A stretch of 45,830 nucleotides of DNA from Candidatus Moanibacter sp. (GTDB taxonomy: Bacteria; Verrucomicrobiota; Verrucomicrobiia; Opitutales; UBA2987): the NCBI GenBank assembly GCA_965215885.1, contig CBDCEW010000030.1, positions 1 through 45,830 on the forward strand. The letters are read 5' to 3'. This document shows, one piece after another, positions 8,981 through 19,292 of the stretch. Made by a program: the position numbers and the translations under genes. Under the pieces are notes generated by a model. It saw only the letters and a list, made by a program, of their open reading frames with translations. It ran no database searches and was not told where the DNA came from. The stretch's first letter is position 1. Each line of letters begins with the position of its first letter.

Positions 8981-11602
8981 CTAGAAGGTGTAGGTCCAGC
9001 CAAAGCGGTAATTGGTCCCCTTAGTGGCACCGGCGCCGGTCCACCAGGTGCTGGGCTGGCTGTCGATATCGTTTTCCAGGTTCTCGATCCGGAAGCGGAA
9101 GTTCATCTTACCCCACCTGTAGCCGAAGATTATGTCGTACCTGTCTCCCGGCGGCAATTGGAAATTGGAAGCCCGGTTCAGCTGGCTGTCACCCCATCCA
9201 TTATAGGTCGGGGTGATGGAAAAACCTTTCAGCGGGCCCTCTTGAAACTCGTAGTTGATCAACCACGAGAAGGTGTCAGCCGGAACCGCCCAGGCCGGTT
9301 TTCCGTCCGCTATGAGTTGATCCAAGGTCCCGTAGGAGACGATCGCGTTCAAGCCCGGCATCGGGTTGAGGGCGAGATCCAACTCGAAACCGTCGGTCGT
9401 GCGGTTGCCGGCCGGTTCGTTGTAGCTGGTATCGTCGATGCCGGTGACGAAGCCAAAATCGTCTCGTATCCCAACGAGAACATTATTTTCGACGGTGTCG
9501 AAGTAAGAGAAGGTGCCGACGACACGGCTGCCGAAAAGGTTTACCTTGGCGCCGAACTCGTCGGTGGAAACGATCCGGTTCGGGTAGCGCCCCCCAAAGC
9601 TGGAGTTCGCGGTGTAGAGCGATTGGTTGGGGTTGCTGGGATCGCCGTTGGGCGCGAGAAACTTTCGGCCGTCGGTGGTAAACACCGGTATGAAAGTCTC
9701 GGCGTGATTGAAGAAAAAGCTCACCTCACCGTTATCACCCTTCATGACCTTGGCGACTACACCGTAATTATAAGTGGTGCTTTCGTCAGTCGTTTTTGTG
9801 GTCCCCAAATTAACTTCATTAAGGATCTGGCTCGTGGTCGCATCATCCTTATCCCAGCGTACGCCCCCGGAAGCAATCAAGCGGCCGTTGAGGAAATACA
9901 TTCGGTCGATCACCGCGAAGTTCGAGAGTTCGCGATTCTGGGCGTTGGTGTTTCGTTCGTTGACACTGCCGAGAATGGGTGCATACTGATCGATAATGGG
10001 ACGGAGGTCCTCGGTACCGGAGTACGGATTGGGCCAGATCTCCACGACGCCTTGGTGGCAGGAGTCAATCTGCCCAGCGGTCACACAGTCCTTGTTGAGG
10101 ATAGCCCCTGCCGGCTGATCAGCGATGGAGAGGTTCGGGTCGTAGAGCGAGTCATCGACGATTTTATCCCGAGGAATGAGGATTCCCGTCTCAAATCCAA
10201 ACTCCTGGCGGATATCCGCGGGCAGGGTGCCGGAGTTGTTGACGCGGAGATCAAACGATCCGCTGGTGCTGTTCCGGTTGCGGAACTGGCTGTAAAGGAG
10301 GAGCTTGTTCCTGGCCGGACCGAGTTTGAAATCGAGGTTCAGGTCGACCGCGACGACCGATTCATCCGCCCCCTGGGGAACGACCGTCTTGGTATAGCGA
10401 AGGCCCTGGCGGCCGAATCTCACCACTCGGCCCTCCTCAAAGGCAACACTGGCTCCGGGAAAGCGCCCCACGGAGCCACGGGTGGGGTCCCCGAGCACGG
10501 GTCCAGCCCTGCCATCCGGGATACGTTCCCCGTTCGTGTCGATAAAGACCACATTGCCATTCGCGCGGGTGCGGTCACCGCTGTGGGTGAAGTCACCCCA
10601 ACGTCCCACCAACCGGAAATCGGCCTTCACCTTGCCGATGTCGAAGGAGTGGCTTATACCGCCTTCATAATCCTGGGCATCAACGAAATTGAAGCCCTGC
10701 ACATTGATGCTGGAGGTCCCGGCAAACGCAGTGATGGCTTTGCCGCGGCCATCCGGGCTGCCGAATATAAAGGCGTTGGTGGCCAGCCGGGTGGACTGGT
10801 CGTCGATGAAGCGGGCCCAGCCCCAGACTTTCATGCCATTTTTGAACTGGTAGGAGACGCTCGGGTTGATGAAATAGCTGGCCGGTTTATCCGTTTCCGA
10901 TCCCAGCGCGATGATCCCGTCGGTGTTCAGAACCGCGCCCGAGATGCGGTAGCCGAATCTGCCGCTGTCGCCCTTCCCCATCATGTTGGAGTGGTCGAAA
11001 CCGAAGCGCCAACTGTTGTAGGAACCAATCTGGGCCTCAATCCTGGTTCTCTTCTCCGGAAGAGGCCGTTTGCTGATATGGTTGACCACTCCGCCCGAGT
11101 TGTGCGTGCCGAACTGCACGCCCGCCGGGCCCTTGATGATCTCGATGCGCTCGAGCATGGAGTAGTCGAAACCGCCCTCGTTCGAGTTCAAGACTTCCGG
11201 AATACCGTCCCGCTGCCATCCCACGTTGGAGTAACCGCGGATCGAGAAACTCTTCCTTTCTGCCAGCTCGGAGTTTTCATTGGAGGTAATTCCGCTGACC
11301 AGATTGTAGGTGTCGGCGTAACTCACCGCGAGAGTGTCTTCGATCAGCTTCTCGTTGATGGTGATGACGGATCCCGCGATATCGGTGATCGGAATCGCGA
11401 TGCGCGAAGCCGTCAGGGAAGAGGTCGTGGCGTAGCCGCGCACGGCGTCTTCCGATACTTCGAAGGCGGAAAGCGTAATAAGCTCTTCCCCCTCTTCCGT
11501 TTTTGCATCGTCCTGGGCTTGCAAATAGAAGGGCAGGGCGAGCAGGCTGAGGGCAAACAAAAGCCCTCTGGTTAGTTTCAGTATGTCTTTGTATCTTTTC
11601 AT
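8981..11602 (-). CDS. TonB-dependent receptor
   Basis: 873 aa. Signal peptide, ITLSAFEV, plug motifs SIRGY and ERIEIIKGPAGVQFG..GGVVN, beta-barrel, C-terminal YRFGWTYTF. Good RBS (AAGGAG). Confidence 0.95.
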   Translation of the reverse strand: MKRYKDILKLTRGLLFALSLLALPFYLQAQDDAKTEEGEELITLSAFEVSEDAVRGYATTSSLTASRIAIPITDIAGSVITINEKLIEDTLAVSYADTYNLVSGITSNENSELAERKSFSIRGYSNVGWQRDGIPEVLNSNEGGFDYSMLERIEIIKGPAGVQFGTHNSGGVVNHISKRPLPEKRTRIEAQIGSYNSWRFGFDHSNMMGKGDSGRFGYRISGAVLNTDGIIALGSETDKPASYFINPSVSYQFKNGMKVWGWARFIDDQSTRLATNAFIFGSPDGRGKAITAFAGTSSINVQGFNFVDAQDYEGGISHSFDIGKVKADFRLVGRWGDFTHSGDRTRANGNVVFIDTNGERIPDGRAGPVLGDPTRGSVGRFPGASVAFEEGRVVRFGRQGLRYTKTVVPQGADESVVAVDLNLDFKLGPARNKLLLYSQFRNRNSTSGSFDLRVNNSGTLPADIRQEFGFETGILIPRDKIVDDSLYDPNLSIADQPAGAILNKDCVTAGQIDSCHQGVVEIWPNPYSGTEDLRPIIDQYAPILGSVNERNTNAQNRELSNFAVIDRMYFLNGRLIASGGVRWDKDDATTSQILNEVNLGTTKTTDESTTYNYGVVAKVMKGDNGEVSFFFNHAETFIPVFTTDGRKFLAPNGDPSNPNQSLYTANSSFGGRYPNRIVSTDEFGAKVNLFGSRVVGTFSYFDTVENNVLVGIRDDFGFVTGIDDTSYNEPAGNRTTDGFELDLALNPMPGLNAIVSYGTLDQLIADGKPAWAVPADTFSWLINYEFQEGPLKGFSITPTYNGWGDSQLNRASNFQLPPGDRYDIIFGYRWGKMNFRFRIENLENDIDSQPSTWWTGAGATKGTNYRFGWTYTF

Positions 11603-11736
11603 GTGGTAATCTCCTTACTTGATTAGTAGATTATAACGTAGGGTTCATTTGCGGAAATGCAACGTAAGGGGTGCCGCGGGTCGAGGGGCTCGCGGATTGC
11701 TTCGAAACTCGAAGGTGCTAGTTTGTAGGTTAGCAA

Positions 11737-13653
11737 GACCTTATCCGAAAAGCTACTGATTGGCCGCAAAGAGGCGCAAAAGGCGCAAGAAAAACTTGAG
11801 AAAAATCATTTTTTGGCTTGATAAAAAGTGTCGCAACATGCTAGTGTTTAGCAACCTAAGATTAAGAAAGGAGTTAAACATGCCAACATGTGCGACAGAG
11901 GAGAACAAAAGCGATAAGACGCCCCTTAGCAACCTCATTCTGCCGGTTCCAGACACGGATTTCCGTGATTTTCTGGATGAAGTTGAAGAATTGGCCGGGT
12001 TCGCGGCGCAAATCATCGAGGCGATCGAGAAGGATCTGGACGCCCATGCGCGTGAGAAGAAGAAACTTCGATTGGAAGATCGCAGGTTCTTTGAAGGGCG
12101 CACAGCGGAGCTGCCGGAGCTGGACATCGAGGAGGAGAATATTCTGGCTGCTGAATTGAATCTTGGGGCAGGCCGGCCGCGGATGCCGGCTTATGCGGTA
12201 TACGTGTTCGTGATGATTCGAGGGTTTCTGGGTTCGTTGACCACGAAACCGGCACGGCGGTTTGTGCGCGAGTCGATGAGCTTGTACGGATTTTTGCAGA
12301 GCGGGGGACTGAGAATGCCGGCGGTGACGACGATTCTGGAGAACGTGAACCTGGTCAGCCATACGACCCGCGAGTTGATCTTTGATAAACAGATTGGGTT
12401 TATCCTCCAGGAGCAATGGGACGATTTCGGGAAGCTGACGATCGACAGCACCTCGGTGAAAGCAAACAGCTGCTGGCCCACCGATGGGAAGATTCTGAGC
12501 GGTCTTTTGATGCGGGCCAATCGTTTGGGTCAGAAGTTGCATGTCTTCGGGCTGGAGGATTTTCGCAAGGGATGGGTTGGGCGTTGGCTGCAGGAAATGG
12601 ACAAGCTGGAGTTTCAGATTTGTCTGGCCGCGGGCAAACCGAAGTCGAAGGGCAAGCTGAAGAAACACTACCGGCGGTTGCTCAAGCGGGGCCGCAAGGC
12701 GGCCGACTCACTAACGGGGGAACTGAGCCATCTTGAAGAGGGCCTGTCGATGGATTCACTGCCTCCCACTCGCCGGGAGCTTCTGGAGCGGGCATTGAGC
12801 CAGATCAGGGGCGATATTGCCGACGCCAAGCGGGTTGTTGAGTATGCTCATGATCGGGTGTTTCACGAAAAGAAGCTACCGTCCACACAGAAGGTCCTGA
12901 GCCTCTCGGACGGATCGGCGGCCTACATCAAGAAGGGCAGCCGCAATCCAGTGATCGGGTACAAGCCACAACTGGTTCGCAGCGAAAACGGTTTTGTCAC
13001 CAGCCTGATCGTACCGCAAGGCAACGCGGCAGACTCCATTGAGCTGGCGCCGGCCATCGGCGATTCGATCAAGCGCACCGGTGTCATTGCTGAACTGGTC
13101 AGCACCGATGACGGATATGCTTCGGCGAAGGGACGCAAGGAGGTGCTGAGCATGGGGGTAAAGCAGATCAGTATCAGTGGGGCGAAGGGCAAGAAGTTGA
13201 CCACCCCCGAGGACTGGGAGAGCGAGGCGTATCGCGAGGCACGCCGCGATCGCTCCGCAGTGGAGTCGCTGATGTTCACGATTAAAGATGGATTTGCCTT
13301 TGGCGAACTCGGCCGCCGCGGCATCGATGCGGTAGGCGATGAACTGCTCGAGAAGGTTCTGGCCTACAACTTCTGCCGCATCATACTGATGAAGAAACGC
13401 CGAGGGGAGGAACTGGAACAGGCAGCCTGAATCTGACCGCTTTGAAGCTCAGAGAAAAAAGCACCACGGGATGAGTATGCCTCCAGACAGCGGCAAATAT
13501 ACGTATTGTGCAGCAAGCCACGCCGATGGCCGCTCAATACCTGCTCATCGGCAGCGCCGGCAGCCTAAAACCCGAAACCTGCCAGCCATAGGCTGGTCCG
13601 CCCGTGGCGGAGAACCTTAAACCGCCCGCTCGAAAGGCTTTTCGAATGGGGTC
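11737..13653 (+). mobile_element. IS5-like/ISNCY insertion sequence, copy 1 (1917 bp)
   Basis: Identity with copy 2 begins at GACCTTATCCGAAAAGC; right IR GCTTTTCGAATGGGGTC matches 14/17. No target duplication visible. Confidence 0.88.
11880..13430 (+). CDS. IS5-like/ISNCY DDE transposase
   Basis: AAGGAG RBS before ATG 11880. GRPRMP, TIDSTSVKANSCWPTD, STDDGYAS and RSAVESLMFTIK give the D-D-E triad. Confidence 0.88.
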   Translation: MPTCATEENKSDKTPLSNLILPVPDTDFRDFLDEVEELAGFAAQIIEAIEKDLDAHAREKKKLRLEDRRFFEGRTAELPELDIEEENILAAELNLGAGRPRMPAYAVYVFVMIRGFLGSLTTKPARRFVRESMSLYGFLQSGGLRMPAVTTILENVNLVSHTTRELIFDKQIGFILQEQWDDFGKLTIDSTSVKANSCWPTDGKILSGLLMRANRLGQKLHVFGLEDFRKGWVGRWLQEMDKLEFQICLAAGKPKSKGKLKKHYRRLLKRGRKAADSLTGELSHLEEGLSMDSLPPTRRELLERALSQIRGDIADAKRVVEYAHDRVFHEKKLPSTQKVLSLSDGSAAYIKKGSRNPVIGYKPQLVRSENGFVTSLIVPQGNAADSIELAPAIGDSIKRTGVIAELVSTDDGYASAKGRKEVLSMGVKQISISGAKGKKLTTPEDWESEAYREARRDRSAVESLMFTIKDGFAFGELGRRGIDAVGDELLEKVLAYNFCRIILMKKRRGEELEQAA

Positions 13654-14575
13654 TAACTATCGCAATTGGATCTTCGAGGTCGATGGATCCAAAGACTCGT
13701 TTCAAAAATGCCTTTTCGAGGCGTGTGAGAGCGCCGGCTGGATCCTGCATGCTTACGGCATTTTGGGAAATCACTACCACCTTGCCTTGGAGACGCCGGA
13801 ACCGAACTTGAGCGTGGGCATGAAGTGGCTTCAGGGCGTGTTCGCGACTCGCTACAATCGCTTCCGGAAGGAACGCGGAGCCCTCTTTCAGGGTCGTTTC
13901 ACGAGTATTCTGTTGGAGGGGGATCGCCTGGGCGCGCTGTGCTCCTACATTCATCTGAATCCGGTCCGGGCGAGGATATGCAGCGTTCGCGGATTGAGGA
14001 ACTATCGATTCAGCAGCTATTGGAATCTGCGGCGGCCCCGGAGCCGTCCTCCATTCATGGACTTGTCGATGGCACTCGAAGGCGCCGGAGGGCTATCTGA
14101 CACGGCCTACGGTCGTCGCAAGTACGAGGAGTATCTGGAGTGGTTGAATAGGGACGAGGGAGCTCGCAACAAATTGAAATTCGATCGCATGAGTCGCGGC
14201 TGGGCCTTGGGGACGAAGGCGTTCAAAAGAACGGTTGTGGAGGCCGAGAAGCGAAGGAAGGCCGATCTGTTTACTGGAGAGAAGGATCACGCCGAGGTGA
14301 GGGAGATGCTTTGGGAGATGGAGTTGAAGAAGTGCCTGCGCCTCCTGGGCAAAGGGGAGAGGGAGGCTCAAACCGATCTAAAGTCGGTGGACTGGAAGGT
14401 GGCGATTGCAGGAATTTTGAAAAAGCGTAATCTCAGCGCCAACGGCTGGATAAGCGAACGGCTCAACATGGGAGCCACTTCGGCGGTGAGCCGGAACGTC
14501 GCGAGCATGTTTGCGGGAGAGAGGAGATCAGCTCTGCGATGCTACGAGAAGCTGATCTCAAAGATTAACTCCTGA
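13654..14575 (+). pseudogene. RAYT-like Y1 HUH transposase, 5'-truncated by the IS
   Basis: Nearly identical to 23323-24303 from NYRNWIF onward, with the NHYHL HUH motif. The first 20 codons are replaced by the IS right end. Confidence 0.88.
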
Positions 14576-14596
14576 CCCGAATGGCGCTCCTGACCC

Positions 14597-14735
14597 GAAT
14601 GGCGCTAAGATAAGGGGACTATCGCTCGCAAGCGAGCTTCCTACGAGTTGCATAAATTGCTGTAGGAAGGCCGCTTGCGGCCGAAACGGACAGCGGAAGA
14701 ATTTACCGTTAATGCCCCTTATCTTAGCGCCATTC
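14597..14735. mobile_element. 139-bp MITE with perfect 21-bp IRs carrying two GTAG REPs
   Basis: GAATGGCGCTAAGATAAGGGG / CCCCTTATCTTAGCGCCATTC. Flanking ACTCCTGACC(C/A) duplication (14568-14578 vs 14736-14746). Internal REP hairpins at 14622-14644 and 14662-14684. Confidence 0.75.
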
Positions 14736-14764
14736 ACTCCTGACCACTTCTATGGGCTTCCCTG

Positions 14765-16105
14765 CTATGGGCTGGGAACAAACCGTGCTGGAAGCGGCAC
14801 CCGGTGAAAAGCGCCGCCCAAGTCCACAACATGCCGAAAGTCAGGCTGGAATTTTAACTCCAACTCGTAATGTTTGACGAGGTTGGTCAGTATGACAGGC
14901 GCATGCACTCGTGTCACATTCATGCCTAAACAGACGTGGGTGCCTCCCCCAAAGGTTCCGTGCGCCTTCTTAGGGTACTCCCCATCGAGCCAACGTTGAG
15001 GTTTGAAGGCAAAGGGGTCTTCATAAATCTCTTCGAGAAAATGACAGAGAGTCTGGTTATGAAAAACGCGCGTATCGGCAGGAATTTTACACCCGAACAA
15101 TTCGATCTCTTCGGCCGTTACCCTCTTTGCAGAAAGGGCGCCTGGCTGTAGTCTTTCCACTTCCATAATGGTTGCCTTAAGTCTTGGATACTCACGCAGT
15201 CCGGAACGAAACGATTCCGGCATCCAATCCGCAAGTTCCTCCCGCAACTCGTGCAACCAATCGGGATCCGAATAAATATACAGCATCGCCCAATTGATGA
15301 ACTTCGTTGTATTCTCCGCGCCCGCGATAAGGAGGAGATAGGTATCATACAGCTTTTCTTCCAGAGAGTAAGGTTCCGCGTCCGCGGGCCGGTCGCGCAT
15401 GAGCCGGGCCAGGTTGTCATCGATGGTATCATCGCATTCACGCTCTCTTACTACCGTTTCAAGATATTCGAATACGGGATTTTTGACATTCAAGTAGCCG
15501 GGATCGGCGAAATAGGCGTGCCGAAATTCACCCAGTTGCAGTCCATACATGAGCATCTCCTCAAACTTGGCCATCAATGAAAGCATTTCATCAGTGAGTT
15601 CTGTTTCCACCATAGTTCTACTCGAGGCCAGAATGATGGTTTGCGTAGAGAAATCGTAGAGATCGATCTCCCTTTCCTTCATTTGGTCGAATTGCTCAGC
15701 CACCGTCTTTGCCATCTCCGGGAGATGGCGCGTGACCGCACTCACACCAAATCCAGGCTTCAGCGAGCGCCTCTTTAACCGATGCGGTGGACCATCAAGG
15801 GTGGTGACATGGGCATATCCCAGCTCTTCTCCAAATCCTGCCATGGCCTTCTGGTAACTCCACAGATTCGGATTTCGCCACGCAAAGTCATTCGCTTCCA
15901 ATCCCCCGATTGCGACCCACATTTCATTTCGAAATTTAATACGGTATATTGGCCCTAATTTGCGATAGGCTCTAAGATGATACCCAACCGGATCTTTGGC
16001 ATAATTAACATCCTCATTAGAAAAGTCTTGATCCGCATCCTCATCAGCCGCGGCCGTTACGTAAAGCGGCAGGTCGTCAATCGTTCTTAGTGTATCTGTG
16101 GACAT
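14765..16105 (-). CDS. Cytochrome P450
   Basis: I-helix AGAENT, K-helix EVER, FKPQRW meander and heme loop FGGGTHVCLG. Confidence 0.95.
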   Translation of the reverse strand: MSTDTLRTIDDLPLYVTAAADEDADQDFSNEDVNYAKDPVGYHLRAYRKLGPIYRIKFRNEMWVAIGGLEANDFAWRNPNLWSYQKAMAGFGEELGYAHVTTLDGPPHRLKRRSLKPGFGVSAVTRHLPEMAKTVAEQFDQMKEREIDLYDFSTQTIILASSRTMVETELTDEMLSLMAKFEEMLMYGLQLGEFRHAYFADPGYLNVKNPVFEYLETVVRERECDDTIDDNLARLMRDRPADAEPYSLEEKLYDTYLLLIAGAENTTKFINWAMLYIYSDPDWLHELREELADWMPESFRSGLREYPRLKATIMEVERLQPGALSAKRVTAEEIELFGCKIPADTRVFHNQTLCHFLEEIYEDPFAFKPQRWLDGEYPKKAHGTFGGGTHVCLGMNVTRVHAPVILTNLVKHYELELKFQPDFRHVVDLGGAFHRVPLPARFVPSP

Positions 16106-16122
16106 GATGCTTTATTCAGATT

Positions 16123-16649
16123 TCAAAGCGGCGGACGGCGTAAGTGCCAATCAGTATGACTTTCGTAGGCGTAGGCTATACGTAAAACCGTCGCCTCGCC
16201 ATGGGGCTTGCCAATGATCTGCAGGCCGATTGGCAACTCGCCAGAAGTGAACCCACACGGGACCGAGATGGCGCAGAGCCCCATCCAGTTGGCCATCAAG
16301 GTATAGCGTAAAAGTAGCCTTTGTCTCTCCTCTTCATCATACTCAACAGGTAAGGCAGGAACCGGCGTCGTCGGCGTTATGAGGGCGTCCAGGTGTGCCA
16401 TCCTGGACTTCATTTCTCCTTTGATCCGCCGATGATCCTGCAAGGCTCTGATGCGATCGCTTTTTCCGCCTCCTGGGCTGTGGCCAGGGCGCGCTCGGGG
16501 AGGGGGGTGATATAGGCGTGTAGTTTAGAGTCAGATGCCTCGATGCGATCCAAAACAGCCTTCGTTACTTCAACCGGAGAAATCTCTCCGTTTCTGATTT
16601 TGGGAGCTAATTTGGCTATAGTCAAAAAGGGTAGATCATTCTTAGGCAC
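16123..16649 (-). pseudogene. Amidase (GatA-like) remnant with large internal deletion
   Basis: N-terminus (LTIAKLAPKIRNGEISPVEVT..LHAYIT) is joined out of frame near 16453 to the C-terminus (DALITPTTP, AISVPCGF..ELPIGLQIIG..EATVLRIAYAYE). The amidase signature region is missing. Confidence 0.88.
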
Positions 16650-16907
16650 GATATTTCCTTCGTATTACAGTCCGGCAGAACCTTGTTTCTTTAGCAAGCT
16701 TCCGCGTAGAAGAGGTTGGTATTCAATAAACTGCAGTCGACCCGTCGTCGCTGTGCTTTGCCGAGGCACGCAAGGTTTGGGATCCCGCTCAGCGGGATTC
16801 GCGACGAGGTTACCCAAGGGAAGTAGGAGTTTCCTTCTGCATTCGTCCCGGCTTGCCGGGATGCATCTGCGGTTCTCTCCATCTTTTTTGATTGCGGCTT
16901 GGCTGCG

Positions 16908-16964
16908 CTAGCCCGGACATTTCACACACTTCGTAGCAGAAGATTTGTGAAATGTTCGGGCTAG
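16908..16964 (-). mobile_element. CTAG-bounded MITE, 57-bp deleted form
   Basis: CTAGCCCGGACATTTCACA...TGTGAAATGTTCGGGCTAG; both IRs retained, interior lost. Confidence 0.75.
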
Positions 16965-17041
16965 GTTAATTCGGATAAGAAATCGTTTTCGGGCCGGTAA
17001 AAACACACGCTCGTTGAGGCCGACCTGAAACAGCGGTTTCA

Positions 17042-17140
17042 TGGTGATTCAGTGCGAGACCATGCCCGAACTGCCCCGAGAAGCCGAAAACAATGTGAGA
17101 TTTACCTTCGCGCAGTCCCGGACTGCGCGAAGGGGACGCG
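17042..17140. repeat. ~100-bp hairpin repeat, copy 1
   Basis: TGGTGATTC..TGCGAGACC...CCTTCGCGCAGTCCCGGACTGCGCGAAGGGGACGCG; homologous to 19140 and 21595. Confidence 0.85.
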
Positions 17141-17169
17141 ATTGGGTTTTTTTAATACTGGCCATGGTG

Positions 17170-18018
17170 TTATCGGCTTTGGCCTTCGACAATAGTATCC
17201 AGATAGTTTCGAGCCCGGTTGATTTCGGACGTGACCTCTGCGACTGTGGGCAGAACCGGGATGCCCCGGGGCACTGGGTGCATGAAGATTTCGGTCCAGC
17301 CTTGGTAGTCGATCTTCTTAAGGGCCGCCAGGATGGGATTAAAGTTCAGAGTACCCCGACCGGGGAGTTGCATTAACTCTTCTTCTCTTGGGCGCGGCTC
17401 GTGACAGCCCATGCCGTGCTGCCAGGCGTAGAATAGCGCCAGGCCGGTTCCCAGGGACTCAACTAAGTCGACCACTAAATCGGGCTCGTTTGGCAGGTGG
17501 TACGGAGCCAGGGCAATGCCCAGGTTGGGCGAGTTGGCGAAATCGACGAGCCATTTGATCGAATCGGGCGATTCGATAAGGGCATTGCCGTGGTTCTCAA
17601 TGGCAATGGTGAGTCCGCGTTCGGTGGCAGCGGCGATATTGGGTTGCAGGTCGCGGGCGAAACCGGCCACGGCCGTCCGCAGTTGGGATCCTGTCAGGCC
17701 TTTGGGGCCTTTGCTGCCACAGACCAGAAGCGAGGCGCCAAAGAGCCGAGCGAAGTCCATTTCCCGTTCGAGGTCGAAAGGGCCCAGATCAAAGCGCGTC
17801 GAAATGCCCAGTTGCACCCGGTGGCGTTCCAGCAGGTCGGCAAATGCCGCGTGCCCCATGGCTTCTACTTGCTCGCGTTGGTCGCCGTGGACCCGTGGCC
17901 ATATGTCGATGTGAGTGGCGCCTGTTTGGGAGACGGCCGGCAGGATTTGGTCGAGAGGAGTGGTGCCGTACATACACGAGGCCAGGATATAGTTCAGTTT
18001 GAAAGCGGAGTCGCTCAT
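17170..18018 (-). CDS. Sugar phosphate isomerase/epimerase (xylose isomerase-like TIM barrel)
   Basis: LTIAIENHG, LGIALAPYHL, LPGRGTLNFNPILAALKKIDYQGWTEIFMH. Confidence 0.85.
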   Translation of the reverse strand: MSDSAFKLNYILASCMYGTTPLDQILPAVSQTGATHIDIWPRVHGDQREQVEAMGHAAFADLLERHRVQLGISTRFDLGPFDLEREMDFARLFGASLLVCGSKGPKGLTGSQLRTAVAGFARDLQPNIAAATERGLTIAIENHGNALIESPDSIKWLVDFANSPNLGIALAPYHLPNEPDLVVDLVESLGTGLALFYAWQHGMGCHEPRPREEELMQLPGRGTLNFNPILAALKKIDYQGWTEIFMHPVPRGIPVLPTVAEVTSEINRARNYLDTIVEGQSR

Positions 18019-18126
18019 GGTTTGGTTTCCGATTATTTTGTGACGCTGAATGGCGATCGAGTCTCAACTAATTGTATCAGAAGCCCTCTTAACGCCCCTG
18101 GCAGCTTCTCAGATTAAAGATGGCTT

Positions 18127-19140
18127 CTAAAGCTCGACCGGTAAACCGCTTCGGCCGGACTTGTAAGCAGCCAGTACGATGGCCAGGATGTGGCGCGCGT
18201 CCTCGCCCGATACGGGTACGGGTCCATCGGTTTCAATGGCCCGGACAAAGTGCTCCGCTACCAGGGGAAACCCGAGCTCATCGGGGCCTTCGGGATCTAC
18301 TGGTGGGTGCTCCCACGCTTCAGTAGTCTGGCGCCACACTGCCAGTGGGGACTCGCCGCCGAAGCGGATCTGGCCTTTGGTGCCCAGGATTTCCTTGACT
18401 GCTATCCCCCCGACCGGGGCTGACCAGCCCACCTGAAGCGATGTGGTCGCACCACTTTCGTGCTCGATGAGCAATAGGGCGGTATCTTCCACTTCGATGG
18501 CCTGCACGTGGCGGTCGATGTGGGCAAAAACGCGTGCGGCGGGCGAGTCCACGTAATCGACGGCGCGGTAGATCTCGTGGTAGCCGCTGTCGATCAGGGG
18601 ACCGCCGCCACCGGTTCTTGATTGGGAGCGCCAATGTTGCTCGACGCCGCGGCCCACCACGTGAGAGCGGCTAAAGCTTTCGGAGCGGACCAGGAATATG
18701 CGGCCGACGGCTCCTGCGCGGATCTGCTGCACGGCGGCCCGGTGGCCGGCTGAAAAGAGCTGGTTGTGGCCCACAGCCAGCTTGCTCCCGGTGGTTTGGG
18801 CGACCTCGATCATGCGGTCTATATCGGCTAAGGTGGTGGCCATGGGTTTTTCGAGCAGGACGTGGGCTCCGGCTTGCATCGCCGCGATGGCTTGGGGTGC
18901 GTGCAGATGGTGGGGGGTGCAGATATGCACAAAGTCGAGTTCTTCGTGTTCCAACATTTTTTGCCAGTCGGCGTAACAATGGTCGGCGCTCACGCCCAGC
19001 TTGTCACCCATCAGGGCGGTCCGCTCTGTGGACAGATCCGCCAGCGCCGCAATATTCACCCGGTCGCTCATGCTTACTAACACTGGTCCGTGGCGGCGTT
19101 CGGTTATGCCGCCGCAACCGATAATTCCCGCTTTTAACAT
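18127..19140 (-). CDS. Gfo/Idh/MocA family oxidoreductase
   Basis: Start ATG 19140 (MLKAGIIGCGGI), ICTPHHLH, HVLLEKPMA, GGGPLIDSGYHEIY. The longer ORF-track start lies inside a repeat. Confidence 0.92.
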   Translation of the reverse strand: MLKAGIIGCGGITERRHGPVLVSMSDRVNIAALADLSTERTALMGDKLGVSADHCYADWQKMLEHEELDFVHICTPHHLHAPQAIAAMQAGAHVLLEKPMATTLADIDRMIEVAQTTGSKLAVGHNQLFSAGHRAAVQQIRAGAVGRIFLVRSESFSRSHVVGRGVEQHWRSQSRTGGGGPLIDSGYHEIYRAVDYVDSPAARVFAHIDRHVQAIEVEDTALLLIEHESGATTSLQVGWSAPVGGIAVKEILGTKGQIRFGGESPLAVWRQTTEAWEHPPVDPEGPDELGFPLVAEHFVRAIETDGPVPVSGEDARHILAIVLAAYKSGRSGLPVEL

Positions 19141-19238
19141 GGTGATTCCTTGCGAGACCGTGCCCGAACTGCCCCGAGAAGGCGAGAATGATGTGAGCTT
19201 TACCTTCGCGCGGTCCCGGACCGCGCGAAGGGGACGCG
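19140..19238. repeat. ~100-bp hairpin repeat, copy 2
   Basis: Same consensus as copy 1. Its end reads AAGGAATCACC-ATG on the minus strand, abutting the oxidoreductase start. Confidence 0.85.
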
Positions 19239-19292
19239 GCCGGACTATATTGGTTCGCAATCGCAGCGGATACGTGACTAGCGTCGCCTTTC

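Noticed and set aside
8819..11575. 918-aa plus-strand ORF
   Set aside because: Antisense shadow of the TonB-dependent receptor; no motifs, and it starts inside a repeat.
11874..12668. 264-aa minus-strand ORF (and its twin at 43604-44398)
   Set aside because: Antisense to the transposase; conserved only because the IS is duplicated.
19141..19260. N-terminal extension of the 377-aa oxidoreductase ORF
   Set aside because: It is translated repeat DNA; the Rossmann motif begins at ATG 19140.
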